Positions 14,683 to 30,844 of a stretch of DNA of 64,000 bases are shown here, piece by piece (the first letter of the stretch is position 1; each line of letters begins with the position of its first letter). Made by a program: the position numbers and the translations under genes. Under the pieces are notes generated by a model. That model did no database searches. It saw only the letters and a program-made list of their open reading frames with translations, and had not been told where the DNA came from. The stretch is from the human T2T-CHM13v2.0 reference genome, Homo sapiens. The stretch lies in the NCBI RefSeq assembly GCF_009914755.1, contig NC_060925.1. One strand, given 5' to 3'.

Positions 14683-15549
14683 AGATTTTGTTTTTTGATT
14701 ACCTTTTGACATATACTAACTAGATTTTCATCTACAGCATACGGTTGAGAAGATAAGTTCAAAGTCTGGACCAAAATGACAAAGAGGAAACAAAGAGGAA
14801 AGTCTTGACCAATAGAAGAGATTGCTCCTAATCTGGCTTTGTCTGATATTTGTGGAACCCTAGGACAGCAATCTCACTGAGGACGTCTCTTGAAATTTAA
14901 CAAACAACAACAAAAAAAGGCAGAAAGCAAAAAAGAGAGAGAGAAATACTCAAAATCTCTTCCTTATCTTACTAGGTTGTTAAGAAAATTAAAGGTGGCG
15001 ATACAGCTAAAAACATCTTGCAAACTGTACTTGTCAAGTGCTTGTCCAAGTTACATGAAAAAGAACCACTCTTAGGAAGGCTCTAAGGGAGCAACAGAGC
15101 TCAGAGAACCATCAGAAGGGAATGGTGACGGCAGTGACAGTCACTAGCAGAAGGCCCCAGAAACCAGCCACTTGTTTACTCACCCTTGGCAAAGCAGGTA
15201 AGAGTCAAGCACAACCCATTCTGACTACCTTCTTCCAACAGGCACAAAAGGACTGGCACATGGGTTTCTGTCCTCTTACCATTCACCATTCAGAGCCCAA
15301 GATTCAGGCACTCTGGCCTTCACTTTGTCTTGGGTTGTGGGATTTTCTTGTTGTTGTGTTGATTTGTTTATATGTTTTCTGCTTTTTGCTCACAACACAC
15401 AAGAGTTCCCTTCTCTCAGGGCAGGGGGTGTTCCAAAATACTTGCTAACTCAGCTTAAAGAAAAATGTTTGAATCAAATACAATACAAAGAAAAAAATGT
15501 ATTTAGGGATTGGGATTTCCAAGTCCTGGCATGCTAAAAGAAAGATTAT

Positions 15550-15750
15550 CATTAAAAGAATAATCTGGGTCACCATGCCCCACTTGTAAGCCAGGTGAAC
15601 TTGGACAAGTTGCTTGATCTTTCCATGCCTTCTTTTCTTCTTCTATATAATAAGGATAAATAATAAAATCTACTTCATACAGTTGTGAGGAATTAAATGA
15701 GTTACTATCCACAAAGTGTGGAAAACTGAGTTGGTACGTAATAAGCACTC
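15550..15750 (+). mobile_element. MIR
   Basis: cttggacaagttgctt...gttgtgaggaattaaatgag. Confidence 0.6.
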
Positions 15751-16352
15751 TTCAATTATTATTGAAGTACTATTAACAATTTGGAAACTTTTGTCAATCA
15801 CGCAGATGTCGGCCAACTTAAAATTTTGTCCCTTTTCCCAACCTTCCATGGTTAACAATAGTTGAACAGCTCATTCTTATGAGAATGGACCAATAAATCA
15901 ATAAAATACATAAGAATATACATCTATCCATCAGTCCTAGATACTGTGATTGGTTTTGGTGAAGCAGGACCATATTTGTACACAAATTTGAAAGTCTATC
16001 CTTTTGCCCCTTTCTTCCCCTCAATTCAGAGGCAATGATCCCAATGATCTATTTAGACATACTGTTACTATGTGTGGTTATTTCAATTGTCAAACAGCAA
16101 ATGAGCTTTCAAAGCACAGCAAGGATAAAGAGGAGCAGTGTGCAAAATCACTTTTCTCATCAGAATCAATAAATAACACTAACACGGAATTTTAAATCGA
16201 ATTTAAAATATGTGTGAAAAAATAATTTTATGCATGCTTTTTGCATTTAAACTTTTGAGAAGACACCAACGCTTATCTGAATGTTTTCTCAGGACAAAGG
16301 ACTGTATCCCCTTAACTGTGTATCCCCAGGATGTACAATAGACACTGGAAAA

Positions 16353-16380
16353 AGATGGATGGATGGATGGATGGATGGGT
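16353..16380. repeat. (GGAT)n microsatellite
   Basis: gatggatggatggatggatggatgg. Confidence 0.9.
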
Positions 16381-17164
16381 GGGAAAAAGAGAGCTGGCTT
16401 TACTCAGATTTTAGAATCCATCAAATTCCTGTAATCGCAGAATCAAATATTAGTGATATGAAAGGAACTGAGTCAAGGGGAAGTCACACCACTTGACCAA
16501 AGCTAGGTGGCAATTTAAGGACAGAGGCTGAACTTGAGTTCTATCCGTCCTATAAAGAATGCAGAGCACTTGTTTATACCAGAGTTTCCCATCTAAAGGC
16601 AAGCCTCGTTGGTCTTTTGCAAGCTTTGGAAATATGTCTCTGAAACCAGGAACAGAATAATTTAGGTGCTTTTATTCACGTATCTAATCAGTGTTTACTG
16701 GAGAGAGATCTTCACCTACATTTTTCATTACATTCAAAAATTAAAGAACCACTGATTCTCTGACTTGCCTCTTCAGGCCTCTGAGACAAGAGATTTGCTA
16801 CTTGTTATATGAAATCCTTTTGCCTCCAAAAGCTTTCAGATTTTACCCACTGGATAAATCAAAAGAGTCTCCATGCTGCTTATATTAAGGTAGCCTTTTG
16901 TTGAAGAAACATACATTAGAGTTAGAGGAGCTGGGACTTTGCTTACAGATTAAGCGCAGTTTGAAATTGTGAATTTTAGATGTAGCATTGAATGAAAAGC
17001 TTTCACTCTACCATGTAAGAAAATGTTTCTCAATAAAACTAAGGGACTTAACACTACAAATCAGTGAGTCAGTCAGAAAGCATCTGTTTCCACCTGCTGG
17101 CACAGAGCACAGCACTACAGCGACATGAACCAAATGAGGGCTCCAGGAGCTCAATTCAGCTGCA

Positions 17165-17228
17165 CTAGGACCATGACTTGGGTATGCAGAGAGGGCCGCT
17201 GGACCAGGGGTTTGCATGAGTCAGAGAC
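17165..17228 (-). CDS. Coding part of a putative alternative terminal SUSD4 exon
   Basis: Acceptor cttgtcttcctttttctgtttctag|; continues the frame as (R)SLTHANPWSSGPLCIPKSWS*; minus-strand AATAAA at 16671-16676. Confidence 0.45.
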
Positions 17229-18309
17229 CTAGAAACAGAAAAAGGAAGACAAGCCAAGCTCAGATGATATTTTGCTCCTGCTCTCCACCCTTCAGTGGGT
17301 TCCCCACTGCCTGCTGTGTGACTTTCAGAACCCCTATTGGAGCTTCTAGGACTTTTACAATAAGGTTCTAACCTATTTTTCCTTCTACCCTACTGATTCC
17401 TTGCAGGTATACTATATTCCAGATTAAACGGACTATTTTCTGCTCCCTGAAGGGTCCAATCATGTAACCACCTTCCACACCTTTGCACAAGCTATCCCTC
17501 CACCTGAGATGCACCCTCCCTCCCCACCATCCTATCCTAAGTGCTACCTCTTCTCTAGAGCCTTTCCTGATTTTCCTTCCAACCTCATAGGCTACCATTA
17601 ATTGGATGTGGCCCCAGCTATCATGAAACTTTTGCACTTTTGTAAAAAGTAACTCACTCATAGCAATTATTTTCTAAATGGTGTGGCAGTAATTTGGGAA
17701 TCTTTTTTCTTGCTCTCAATCAAAATTAGCTGAACATCTACTGTGTGTCAGATGTTGTGCTGGGTGCCTGAGACACAAACATGAATAAAGTCAAGTTTCT
17801 TGCCCTCAGTGGGCTTGTGGTCTAGTAAATGAGGCAATATTATGATAGAGGGTTACAGCTAGTGCAATGGGAGCCCAAGTAAGGGAAGAACTTACTGACT
17901 AGGGAAATATGAGAGAAGTTATGGCATTTAAAAGTTGGGGATAGAAAGAAATTTGAGAAAATTTGCTCATTTAGGAAAAAAATGAGTAAGAGAGAGTTCT
18001 AGGTAAAAATAACATTTATGCAACAGTGCTTGGCTCAGGACGGGGTAGGCACTCAATGTTTATTGAATGAATAAAGCAAAAGTCTCCAAAATCACGGCAT
18101 TGTCTTAGCCCCCTCCGCCCTACTATTATTTACATTTACTAAGTGCCTACATGATTTCCATCCTTCACACCAACCCTATAAATTAGGCACCGTCATCCTC
18201 ATTTTATAGATGAGGAAGCTGAGGCTCCCAAGTCCTGAGACCCCAAAGCTATCAAGTGGCAGAGCCTGATTGAGTTATTTATAATACAGAAATGTGCTAA
18301 AGAATTCAC

Positions 18310-18418
18310 CTTAAAGGAGTCACTTGTTGAGCAAACTCTTGGCTCTCTTCCTTGAAGCCTGGGGGTGGGGGGCACTCTGGGCATCCCTCAAAGCCCAGCA
18401 GGTCTCTGGTCAAGTGTA
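18310..18418 (-). CDS. Putative alternative SUSD4 exon (109 nt), open in frame after exon 2
   Basis: Acceptor ctgtttctcccctttctgccccag|; donor AAG|GTGAAT; reads VHLTRDLLGFEGCPECPPPPGFKEESQEFAQQVTPL(R) when joined to phase-1 exon 2. Confidence 0.5.
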
Positions 18419-19085
18419 CTGGGGCAGAAAGGGGAGAAACAGCTGAAGCCATGCTCCATGCAGATTCCACACACGGCAGGGTCCTATATCTCCCCACCAA
18501 CCTAATATGAGTTCTTGCACAGCATTTGGTCTCAGTGGCCCCAAATGAGGGCACTCTTCCTTAACGACAAAAGACAACCTGGAGAGAGCCACCCAAACAT
18601 CATCTCAGGACAAGTCAGGCTCATAAAAGCTTCCCTAGGGTTCAAAGAACTGAATCGGAGCTCTGGCTTTCTAAGACAAAGCATTTCATTTTTGATGGAG
18701 TTCCTGTTCCTACTTTTCTTTGATCATTTTCTCAATTTCTGCCTTTCTAGTTCAGGCTTTTTCTTCAATACTTGTACTGGGCACATGCTTTTTTTTTCTC
18801 CTAGCTGAGACGATTATATCTTGCCATTGCGGTGTTCCTTTTCCATTGAAAGCAATCAAAAATGAAAATCCACATTTCAGAACAGTGTCCATTAAATATA
18901 CACTTTTTTGTGGATGAAAAAAAAGCACTCTCCGAGGGCTGATTTTCAGCTCTGTGTATCACCTGAAGATTAGATATTGGGTGAGACTTCTGCTCCTCAC
19001 AGGCCATTTGCATTCAGTAATTGAGAATGATGGCAGAAAGTCTGGAGCAGAAGCAACTTATTTTAAGGAATGCCTTGGTCTCAAG

Positions 19086-19248
19086 CATGGCTAATCAAAG
19101 TGTGGTCCTTGGATCAGTGGTAACTGCTTCACCTGGGAGCTTATTAGAAATGCCGAGTCTCAGGCCCCACTCCAGACCAAATGAATCAGCATCCACCTTT
19201 TAACAAGATCCCAGGTGACTTGTATGCACATTAAAGTTTTAGAAGCAC
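19086..19248. mobile_element. MER5A DNA transposon relic
   Basis: caaagtgtggtcc...ctcaggccccactccagac...ttaacaagatccc...aaagttttagaagcac. Confidence 0.75.
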
Positions 19249-21385
19249 AAGTCTAGAGCTAAGGTGTATTTGCTTTTATTGCCTTATTGGAGCCTCCATG
19301 TGCATTTCTTTCCTAAAAAAGAAAATCTCTGTATAATGAACTCTATAGGACATCCCCCACCACCCTTGCTTGCCCAAACGGTTTATTCATAGAGGAACTG
19401 TGAAGTGATAAATACTCTTCCAGAAATCACACTCTCAGCCTGAAGGAGTTCAAAGTGAAACGCAGCTGATGGCTAGCTTCCTGCAGCATATGAGTGCCTA
19501 AAAAGAAAGAGCTCTGAGACTGACAGGTGACAGGCAACCCTTACTCTCATCCTCTTCTCCAAGGCTCTGGATATTTTTGCCTGGCATGATCCCCCACAGG
19601 AAGGCAGGGAAAAAAGACATGCTATAGGAACCTCATAGGTGACTGTCATAAGACCGAGGTGGCCATGATGTACACTGAGCTCTGAAATGTTGAGGAGGAT
19701 GCTCTGTAAACACGACCAAGCAGAACCAAGAGCACAAAACAAATCTCAGCTGTGCTCAGACCTCACCCATCCAATAACAATAGTCAAGACAAATGTAAAT
19801 GAACCTTGATTAACTAGTCTGTCATCTACATAAGAGAAATGGACCAAGAAGATGGAAAATCATGTGGACCTGGTTTGAGAGAATGAAAGCTAGAACTGGG
19901 AGGCAAAAGCAGAGAGGAGGGGAGGAAATGATCCAGATCCACGCAATACTGTTCTGCCCGTCTATTCCCACTCATATGTGAAGCAGAGCTGGTGTCCACG
20001 GCAGATTAGAGGCTGTGACCAGAGCCCTGGCAGGGCACACAGGTGCTGGCCTGGCCTCACACTTGACCTTCTCCTCCATGAAGAGGAAGCTTGCCTCAGA
20101 GAAATCTCTATAAAAAACTACAAGCATCCAAAAAGTTATTCCTTCTTAAAAAAAAAATACAAAAATAAAAATAAAAACCAATGTCCACCCAAAGCAAGTG
20201 TTTTCTCACTAATTTTGATAGATATGCACATTGCAATAAACACCTTTATACTCTGGGCATCTTTCAGATGTCTAAGTGGAATGCCTGGGTTATTGATTAC
20301 TCTGTGTTAAAGCCCAACTTATTACACCTCTCCTCCACTTTTGCTAATTTTTCACTCATTTTTTTTCCATTTTCACCTTTGAATTCTCTGAAACAGCAAT
20401 ATTTTAAAACGCTAAAATGGTTTATTTACATCAGTCAATACTTGCTTTTCAACCAAAGATAATTTATTTATATATTAACAGTATCTCAGCTCCTTTTAAC
20501 GTCCACATCAGCAAGCTCTAGAGAACGTTTGCAATGGACAGGAATGATGGACAGCAATGAGCAGTGGAGGCAGGGAGACTAGGCTCTCAAATTCAGACAG
20601 GAACTCCATCTGTCTTCCTCTACCACAACTAAAAGATACCCCTCCCCCAGAACCAAATATGTTATAGATTAGCCGCCCACGGAGGCTGAGGCTATCAATT
20701 TTATTTCAGCTAACTTCTACTTCATAGAAGAGCAACTGACTTTATTCCCTGAAATCATACCTCGATGAGCAAAGCAATCTGTCAGAGGCACACCTGAAAG
20801 AATACCTCTGCACCTCCTCCACGCCCCCAACATACACATACATGCTGCACACACAGGGGAAGGGAAAGTTAACTTTCAAATAAACCTGCCCCGCAGCCAG
20901 TCTGACCACGTTTCCAGACCCTTCACATTCTCAAAGGTGGTTCTTAAACTCTTGCTTAAATCCAGAGGCTGAAATCTGACCTCTATCTGCTGAAGGCATT
21001 GGCAAGAGGTCCACAAATACACCACTCCCCACTGCCCCCACCCCCCACCCCTCCCCCCCCCCGCCCCCGCTTCCTTGGCCAAAGTGGGAATAATGGGCCA
21101 GGCTTTATTGTCTTTCCTTGGGAGAAGCCAGGCCCGGAGGCTGGTGGGAAGCTCCAGACAGAATGTGGGTGTGTGAATCTGTGCGGGCTCCACATGGGAA
21201 TTTTCAGGGAACTCCAGCGGTTTCGGAGAAGGGCGGCCATAGGCTGGGACGCAGGCACCCTCGCGTTGTCAGATCCTCCTGAAGTCTGGGTGTATGGGGG
21301 AGGGGTGCAGGGCTGTCCTGGCAGCTAGGCTCTTTCTCCCCTCTGGGCCATCCCCAGGCCCTCCCACCACAGCTGGGTCACTCAC

Positions 21386-21533
21386 CGCCCGTGAGCTGTG
21401 CAGGGCCGAAGCACAGCGCCAGCTGAAACCACAGGATCACGGCCAAGAGTCTCTGGGGGGACTGAGGTTGCTGCTGCTGCTGCTGCTGCTCTAGAAATCC
21501 ATCTCCATTGCTCGGGTTCATTCCATGATACAT
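21386..21533 (-). CDS. SUSD4: SUSD4 first coding exon (exon 21386-21568, of which 35 nt is 5'UTR); N-terminal 49 aa with polyQ and signal peptide; the rest of the gene lies left of the window
   Basis: Minus strand translates [49 protein letters not shown]+G, recognised as the SUSD4 N-terminus. Acceptor ttctggttgcag| at 21569-21570; donor G|GTGAGT at 21385; 148 coding nt, phase 1. Not in the ORF track. Confidence 0.95.
21468..21488 (-). repeat. (CAG)6CAA coding repeat (Gln7) in SUSD4
   Basis: ttg(ctg)6 on the plus strand. Confidence 0.95.
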
Positions 21534-22164
21534 CTTTCATCCACAGAGGGCATCCAGCTTGCAAGAGTCTGCAACCAGAAGCGGAACACCACAATAAGCC
21601 AGTCTGTCCGGGCTCGGGGGCCACGCTCCCCCTCCTCCGCTCTGGGACCCGGCGCCTCGGCTTCCCAGGCTCCATCCTGGTTCCTCCCCCGCGCGGCCCC
21701 CGCCCCCTTTCCCACGGCGAGGTCCCCCGCCTTCCCCCGAGCCGGGTGCACTGAGTAACAGCCGCCGTGGGATGCTGCGCGTGCTGGGGGATGGAGGACA
21801 GGAGGGAGGGCAGGGGTTAGCGCACATTGGCTCCGCGCCGGTCCCCGGGATTCAGCAGCTGTGCCCACCACAGGAAAGTCTAGAGCCTCCCCGCGTCTCG
21901 GGGCCGCGAAGACACTTTTCCCTGGGCCTATACATTTCACTCTGGGAATCTCACAATGTGGCACCGTCTCCCCCAGCTACTTCTCTGGTTTTCCTCGGGA
22001 TTGGGATCGATCCTACTGCCCCAGTCCCCAGTGAGATTTCTCTGCGCTGTCAAAAAAAAAAAAAAAATTCTCCCTTGGGGAGCTGCACCAGGCACCAACT
22101 CCCCCTCCCCGGCCTGCGCGCGCCTCCTCGGAATGGAAGACCCTTCCGGGGCTGTCGGTCTTAC

Positions 22165-22340
22165 CTGTGGGTCTCATGCATGCAGCTTCCTTCCCTCCTC
22201 CGCCTCCTCCCCCCGCCAGTCTAACCCGCATCTGTGCGCGACCTCTGCTGCCGCCGCTGCGCGAGCGAGCGAGACGGAAGCTTCGGCGGCGGCGCTCGGC
22301 TCCAGCTCCCCCGCCCGCGCGCTCCCTCCCCAGGCGCCCC
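22165..22340 (-). other. SUSD4: SUSD4 non-coding exon 1 (5' boundary approximate)
   Basis: Strong donor CCACAG|GTAAGA at 22164, GC-rich sequence inside the CpG island, ~600 bp upstream of the exon 2 acceptor. The TSS cannot be determined from sequence alone. Confidence 0.7.
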
Positions 22341-24861
22341 CGAGCGGGCGGGTGTTGGGGGAGGACGGGAGCCCGGCCGCGCGCCCCCGCGGAGGCGCCC
22401 GCGCGCCCGCTACCTGAACTCGCGAGCGCGCGGCGGCGGCGGCGCGGAGAGAGGGAGTGGGTGGGGACGGGGTGAGTGGGGGGGCGGGGACGGGGCGAGG
22501 GGTGCGCGGGCGCGCGAGCACGCGCCTCTGCCAACCCAGCCGGCGCCGCGGCGTGGCCGGAGACTGGCGAGGGCGGGGACGGGGAAAGGGGCCCGCCGCC
22601 GCGACCAATGGGAAGCCCGCGCGCCTGCACCTGTCGGGGCGCGAGGCGCCGGCGGCCGGTCTTGCACACGCACGCAGCTCGGTCGCCCCTTCCCCGGCGC
22701 TGGACTGCAGCCCCTGCCCCGGCTGCGCGCCAGCTCAGGTGCCCGCCCCGGCCTCCGCGCGGCCTCTGGTGCCCCCAGCCCGCGGCGCGGCGCGGGAGAG
22801 CGCTCCGCCCTAGAACTACCGCCGCGGCGGTGGCTGCAGACCCGGGGCGAGTGCGCGGCCGGCAGCTCCCAACCCCAGAACTCTCGCCACAGACCCGGTT
22901 AACTTGAGCACCGCCAATTGCCCGAGTCTCTTAATTTCCCGCGTTAACCCCTCCCCGCTCCCATCTCCGCCGAAGCTCTGCGCGTCCCCAGGGAGCCCGA
23001 AGGACCATCTGAGGCGGCTGAGAGACACTCTCCCCCTCCCCCACACCCTTGGTATTTTCCCTCTGCCAGCCGCAGGTGTTGCGAGTGAGGACCCCTGTCC
23101 GGTCTTGGAGATGCGCGGGGCCCTCGGAGCCTTGGCCTGGGAGGCGCTCCCGGGGGCGGGGAGGCGGGGGTAGCGGGTGATTGGTGACACGCAGAAGGTT
23201 GGGTACCTGGAGGAGGGGAGGCTTCCGGGGTCGTAGATGGGAAGCCAAGGGGGTCGGTGGTAATTGCCCTCCCAGCCCCAAGTGGAGAGAGTTGGCCTGG
23301 TCGGTCCCCTGTCTCTGCGCCGATTCTGGTGTCGGAGCTCAGCCCGCAGTGGTTGCAGCTCTCACTCGCCGCCGGCTCTGATCGCCCGCGGTCGGTTTCA
23401 AGATAGGGAAGCCCACATTCCAGCCACAGTGATTAAGAGGTGTCAGCTAATGAGGTGGCGTCCACCGGCAGCGCTTTAGAGCCAGTGACACTCCATGATT
23501 CTGTAGCAATTTGTGGATATGAAAACTATGTTCCTGATACAGCTACTAAATCATCCTTTGCTTCTATCGACTTTCCCAAAATCTCACATACTGATGGTAG
23601 TTGGGAAATTACAGCTTTTATACTGTGTCAGCTCTTACTGGGAGTAATTTTAACACATTCTTTCAGGATAGATTAGCTTTTAGTAGATAAGTCAAGCTCC
23701 GTTATTTTGTTTTTTGCTTTTGCGTGTGTGTGAAATTGAGATGGCAGCTTTGCACAAAATAAACAAGATGTTGACTAGCACAAGTCCAGTTTTGCTACAG
23801 CTTGTACTTTGGGACCCCAAAATCTTAGTAGGGGACCATCCACCTTCCCAAGGTCCTGTGACTGTCCTCTACAGTTTGTATATTTATTCCATTTTTCTTT
23901 CTTAGTAAATTTTCTAAATCTTTTTAAATATCCACCAAATCAACAACGGTCAGAAATATTTGTTGACCATGCACATGTTCTTAACAATTATAAGAGATAT
24001 ATCTAAGTGCCATTGAAATCTGTTCTTTGGCTGGAGTACAATCTAATTTTAACAGAGAATGTTGGGACTGAAAGGAACATTCAAGTTTATCTGATCCAAA
24101 CATGGGATCTATGCTTGAGTTTCCTCTCTGACATTTCTAATAAGTGGTCATTCAGCCTCACTGAATACTCATCAAGGTAGCCTGTTTATATTTGCCAGCA
24201 GGTCTCTTAGAAAAGTCTTTCTTATATTGAACTGAAATCTACTTCCCTGAAACCTTTACCCACTGATTCTGGCTCTCCTCTGTGGGCCCACGCAGCTAAA
24301 TAGAATTCCTCTTTCTTAAGAGAGCATCTCATGGCTTTGGAGATGGCTTCGTGTTCCCTTGAGTCTTCTCTTCTCTGGGTCACGCATAGCCATTTCCTTC
24401 AGTGCGACGATTCCCAGACTTTTCACCAGCCTGTGGCCTTTCTCTGACCCAGTTTCTCAATGATATCCACCCCCAGCAATCAAAGTTTGTTTCCAGAAAG
24501 AGGCCCTACTTTCCCTCTGTGGGTTCTGACCAGTACAGGCCGGTACTGTTGCTTTCTGTATTTTAAACAACTTGCTTCTATTAATTCAGCTGAAGAAGAC
24601 AAGCATTTGGAGGGCAACTACAGCATAACATATTGTTATTATTATTATTATTTTTAATTATTGTTATACTTTAAGTTTTAGGGTACACGTGCACAATGTG
24701 CACGTTAGTTACATATGTATACACGTGCCATGCTGGTGCGCTACACCAACTCGTCATCTAGCATTAGGTATATCTCCCAATGCTATCTCTCCCCGCCCCC
24801 CACCCCACAACAGTCCCCAGAGTGTGATGTTCCCCTTCCTGTGTCCATGTGTTCTCATTGT

Positions 24862-28689
<3,828 letters not shown>

Positions 28690-28752
28690 TATGATGTTAG
28701 CTGGTTATTTTGCTCCTTAGTTGATGCAGTTTCTTCCTAGTCTCGATGGTCT

Positions 28753-29769
28753 TTATATTTTGGCATGATTTTGCAGCGGCTGGTACCGGTTGTTCCTTTC
28801 CATGTTTGGTGCTTCCTTCAGGAGCTCTTTTAGGGCAGGCTTGGTGGTGACAAAATCTCTCAGCATTTGCTTGTCTGTAAAGGATTTTATTTCTCCTTCA
28901 CTTATGAAGCTTAGTTTGGCTGGATATGAAATTCTGGGTTGAAAATTCTTTTCTTTAAGAATGTTAAATATTGGCCCCCACTCTGTTCTGTCTCATAGAG
29001 TTTCTGCCGAGAGATCAGCTGTTAGTCTGATGGGTTTCCCTTTGTGGGTAACCCGACCTTTCTCTCTGGCTGCCCTTAACATTTTTTCCTTCATTTCAAC
29101 TTTGGTGAATCTGACAATTATGTGTCTTGGAGTTGATCTTCTCGAGGAGTATCTCTGTGGCGTTCTCTGTATTTCCTGAATCTGAATGTTGGTCTGCCTT
29201 GCTAGATTGGGGAAGTTCTCCTGGATAATATCCTGCAGAGTGTTTTCCAACTTGGTTCCATTCTCCCTGTCACTTTCAGGTACACCAGTCAGACATAGAT
29301 TTGGTCTTTTCACATAGTCCCATATTTCTTGGAGGCTTTGTTCGTTTCTTTTTGTTCTTTTTTCTCTAAACTTCCCTTCTCGCTTCATCATGTCATTCAT
29401 TTCATCTTTCATCACTGGTACCCTTTCTTCCAGTTGATCACATCGGCTCCTGAGGCTTCTGCATTCTTCACATAGTTCTCGAGCCTTGGCTTTCAGCTCC
29501 ATCAGCTCCTTTAAGCACTTCTCTGTATTGGTTATTCTAGTTATACATTCGTCTAAATTTTTTTCAAAGTTTTTAATTTCTTTGCCTTTGGTTTGAATTT
29601 CCTCCTGTAGCTCGTAGTTTGATCGTCTGAAGCCTTTTTCTCTCAACTCGTCAAAGTCATTCTCCGTCCAGCTTTGTTCCGTTGCTGGTGAGGAACTGCG
29701 TTCCTTTGGAAGAGGAGAGGTGCTCTGCTTTTTAGAGTTTCCAGTTTTTCTGCTCTGTTTTTTCCCCAT
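28753..29769 (-). pseudogene. L1 copy A ORF1, premature stop at codon 259
   Basis: MGKKQSRK...LSAETL* (258 aa); native stop at 28753. Confidence 0.9.
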
Positions 29770-30351
29770 CTTTGTGGTTTTATCTACTTTTGGTCTTTGA
29801 TGATGGTGATGTACAGATGGGTTTTTGGTGTGGATGTCCTTTCTGTTTGTTAGTTTTCCTTCTGACAGACAGGACGCTCTGCTGCAAGTCTGTTGGAGTT
29901 TGCTAGAGGTCCACTCCAGACCCTGTTTGCCTGGCTATCCGCAGCGGTGTTTGCAGAACAGCAGTTTATCGTGAACCACAAATGCTGCTGTCTGATCGTT
30001 CCTCTGGAAGTTTTGTCTCAGAGGAGTACCCGGCCCAGTGAGGTGTCAGTCTGCCCCTACTGGGGGGTGCCTCCCAGTTAGGCTGCTCAGGGGTCAGGGG
30101 TCAGGGACCCACTTGAGGAGGCAGTCTGCCCATTCTCAGATCTCCAGCTGCATGCTGGGAGAACCACTGCTCGCTTCAAAGCTGTCAGACAGGGACATTA
30201 AGTCTGCAGAGGTTACTGCTGTCTTTTTGTTTGTCTGTGCCCTGCCCCCAGAGGTGGAGCCTACAGAGGCAGGCAGGCCTCCTTGAGCTGTGGTGGGCTC
30301 CACCCAGTTCGAACTTCCAGGCTGCTTTGTTTACCTAAGCAAGCCTGGGCA

Positions 30352-30534
30352 ATGGCGGGCACCCCTCCGTCAGCCTCGCTGCCGCCTTGCAGTTTGATCT
30401 CAGACTGCTGTGCTAGCAATCAGCGAGACTCCGTGGGCGTAGGACCCTCTGAGCCATGTGCGGGATATAATCTCCTGGTGCACCATTTTTTAAGCCCGTC
30501 GGAAAAGCGCAGTATTCGGGTGGGAGTGACCTGA
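30352..30534 (+). pseudogene. L1 copy A antisense ORF0, truncated to 60 aa
   Basis: MAGTPPSASLPPCSL...RVGVT*; TGA where copy B has Arg. Confidence 0.75.
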
Positions 30535-30844
30535 TTTTCCAGGTGCCATCTGTCACCCCTTTCTTTGACTAGGAAAGGGAACTCCCTGACCCCTTGTGCT
30601 TCCCTAGTGAGGCAATGCCTCACCCTGCTTTGGCTCACGCATGGTGCGTGCACCCACTAACCTGCGCCCACTGTCTGGCACTCCCTAGTGAGAGGAACCC
30701 GGTACCTCAGATGGAAATGCAGAAATCACCCATCTTCTGCGTCGCTCACACTGGGAGCTGTAGACCAGAGCTGTTCCTATTTGGCCATTTTGGTTATTAT
30801 TATTACATATGTTATTATTATTAATCTTTTTCTACATTATCCCA

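Larger units (their letters stand above)
21380..23470. promoter_or_regulatory. CpG-island promoter of SUSD4
   Basis: Very GC- and CpG-dense. GC boxes (GGGCGG) at ~22482 and 22571, CCAAT at 22605-22609, G-tracts at 22453-22502. Confidence 0.9.

Noticed and set aside
21398-23479. Many overlapping 100-220 aa ORFs in the SUSD4 CpG island
   Set aside because: Ala/Arg/Pro/Gly-rich ORFs in all frames are expected from stop-codon scarcity at high GC; no domain features.
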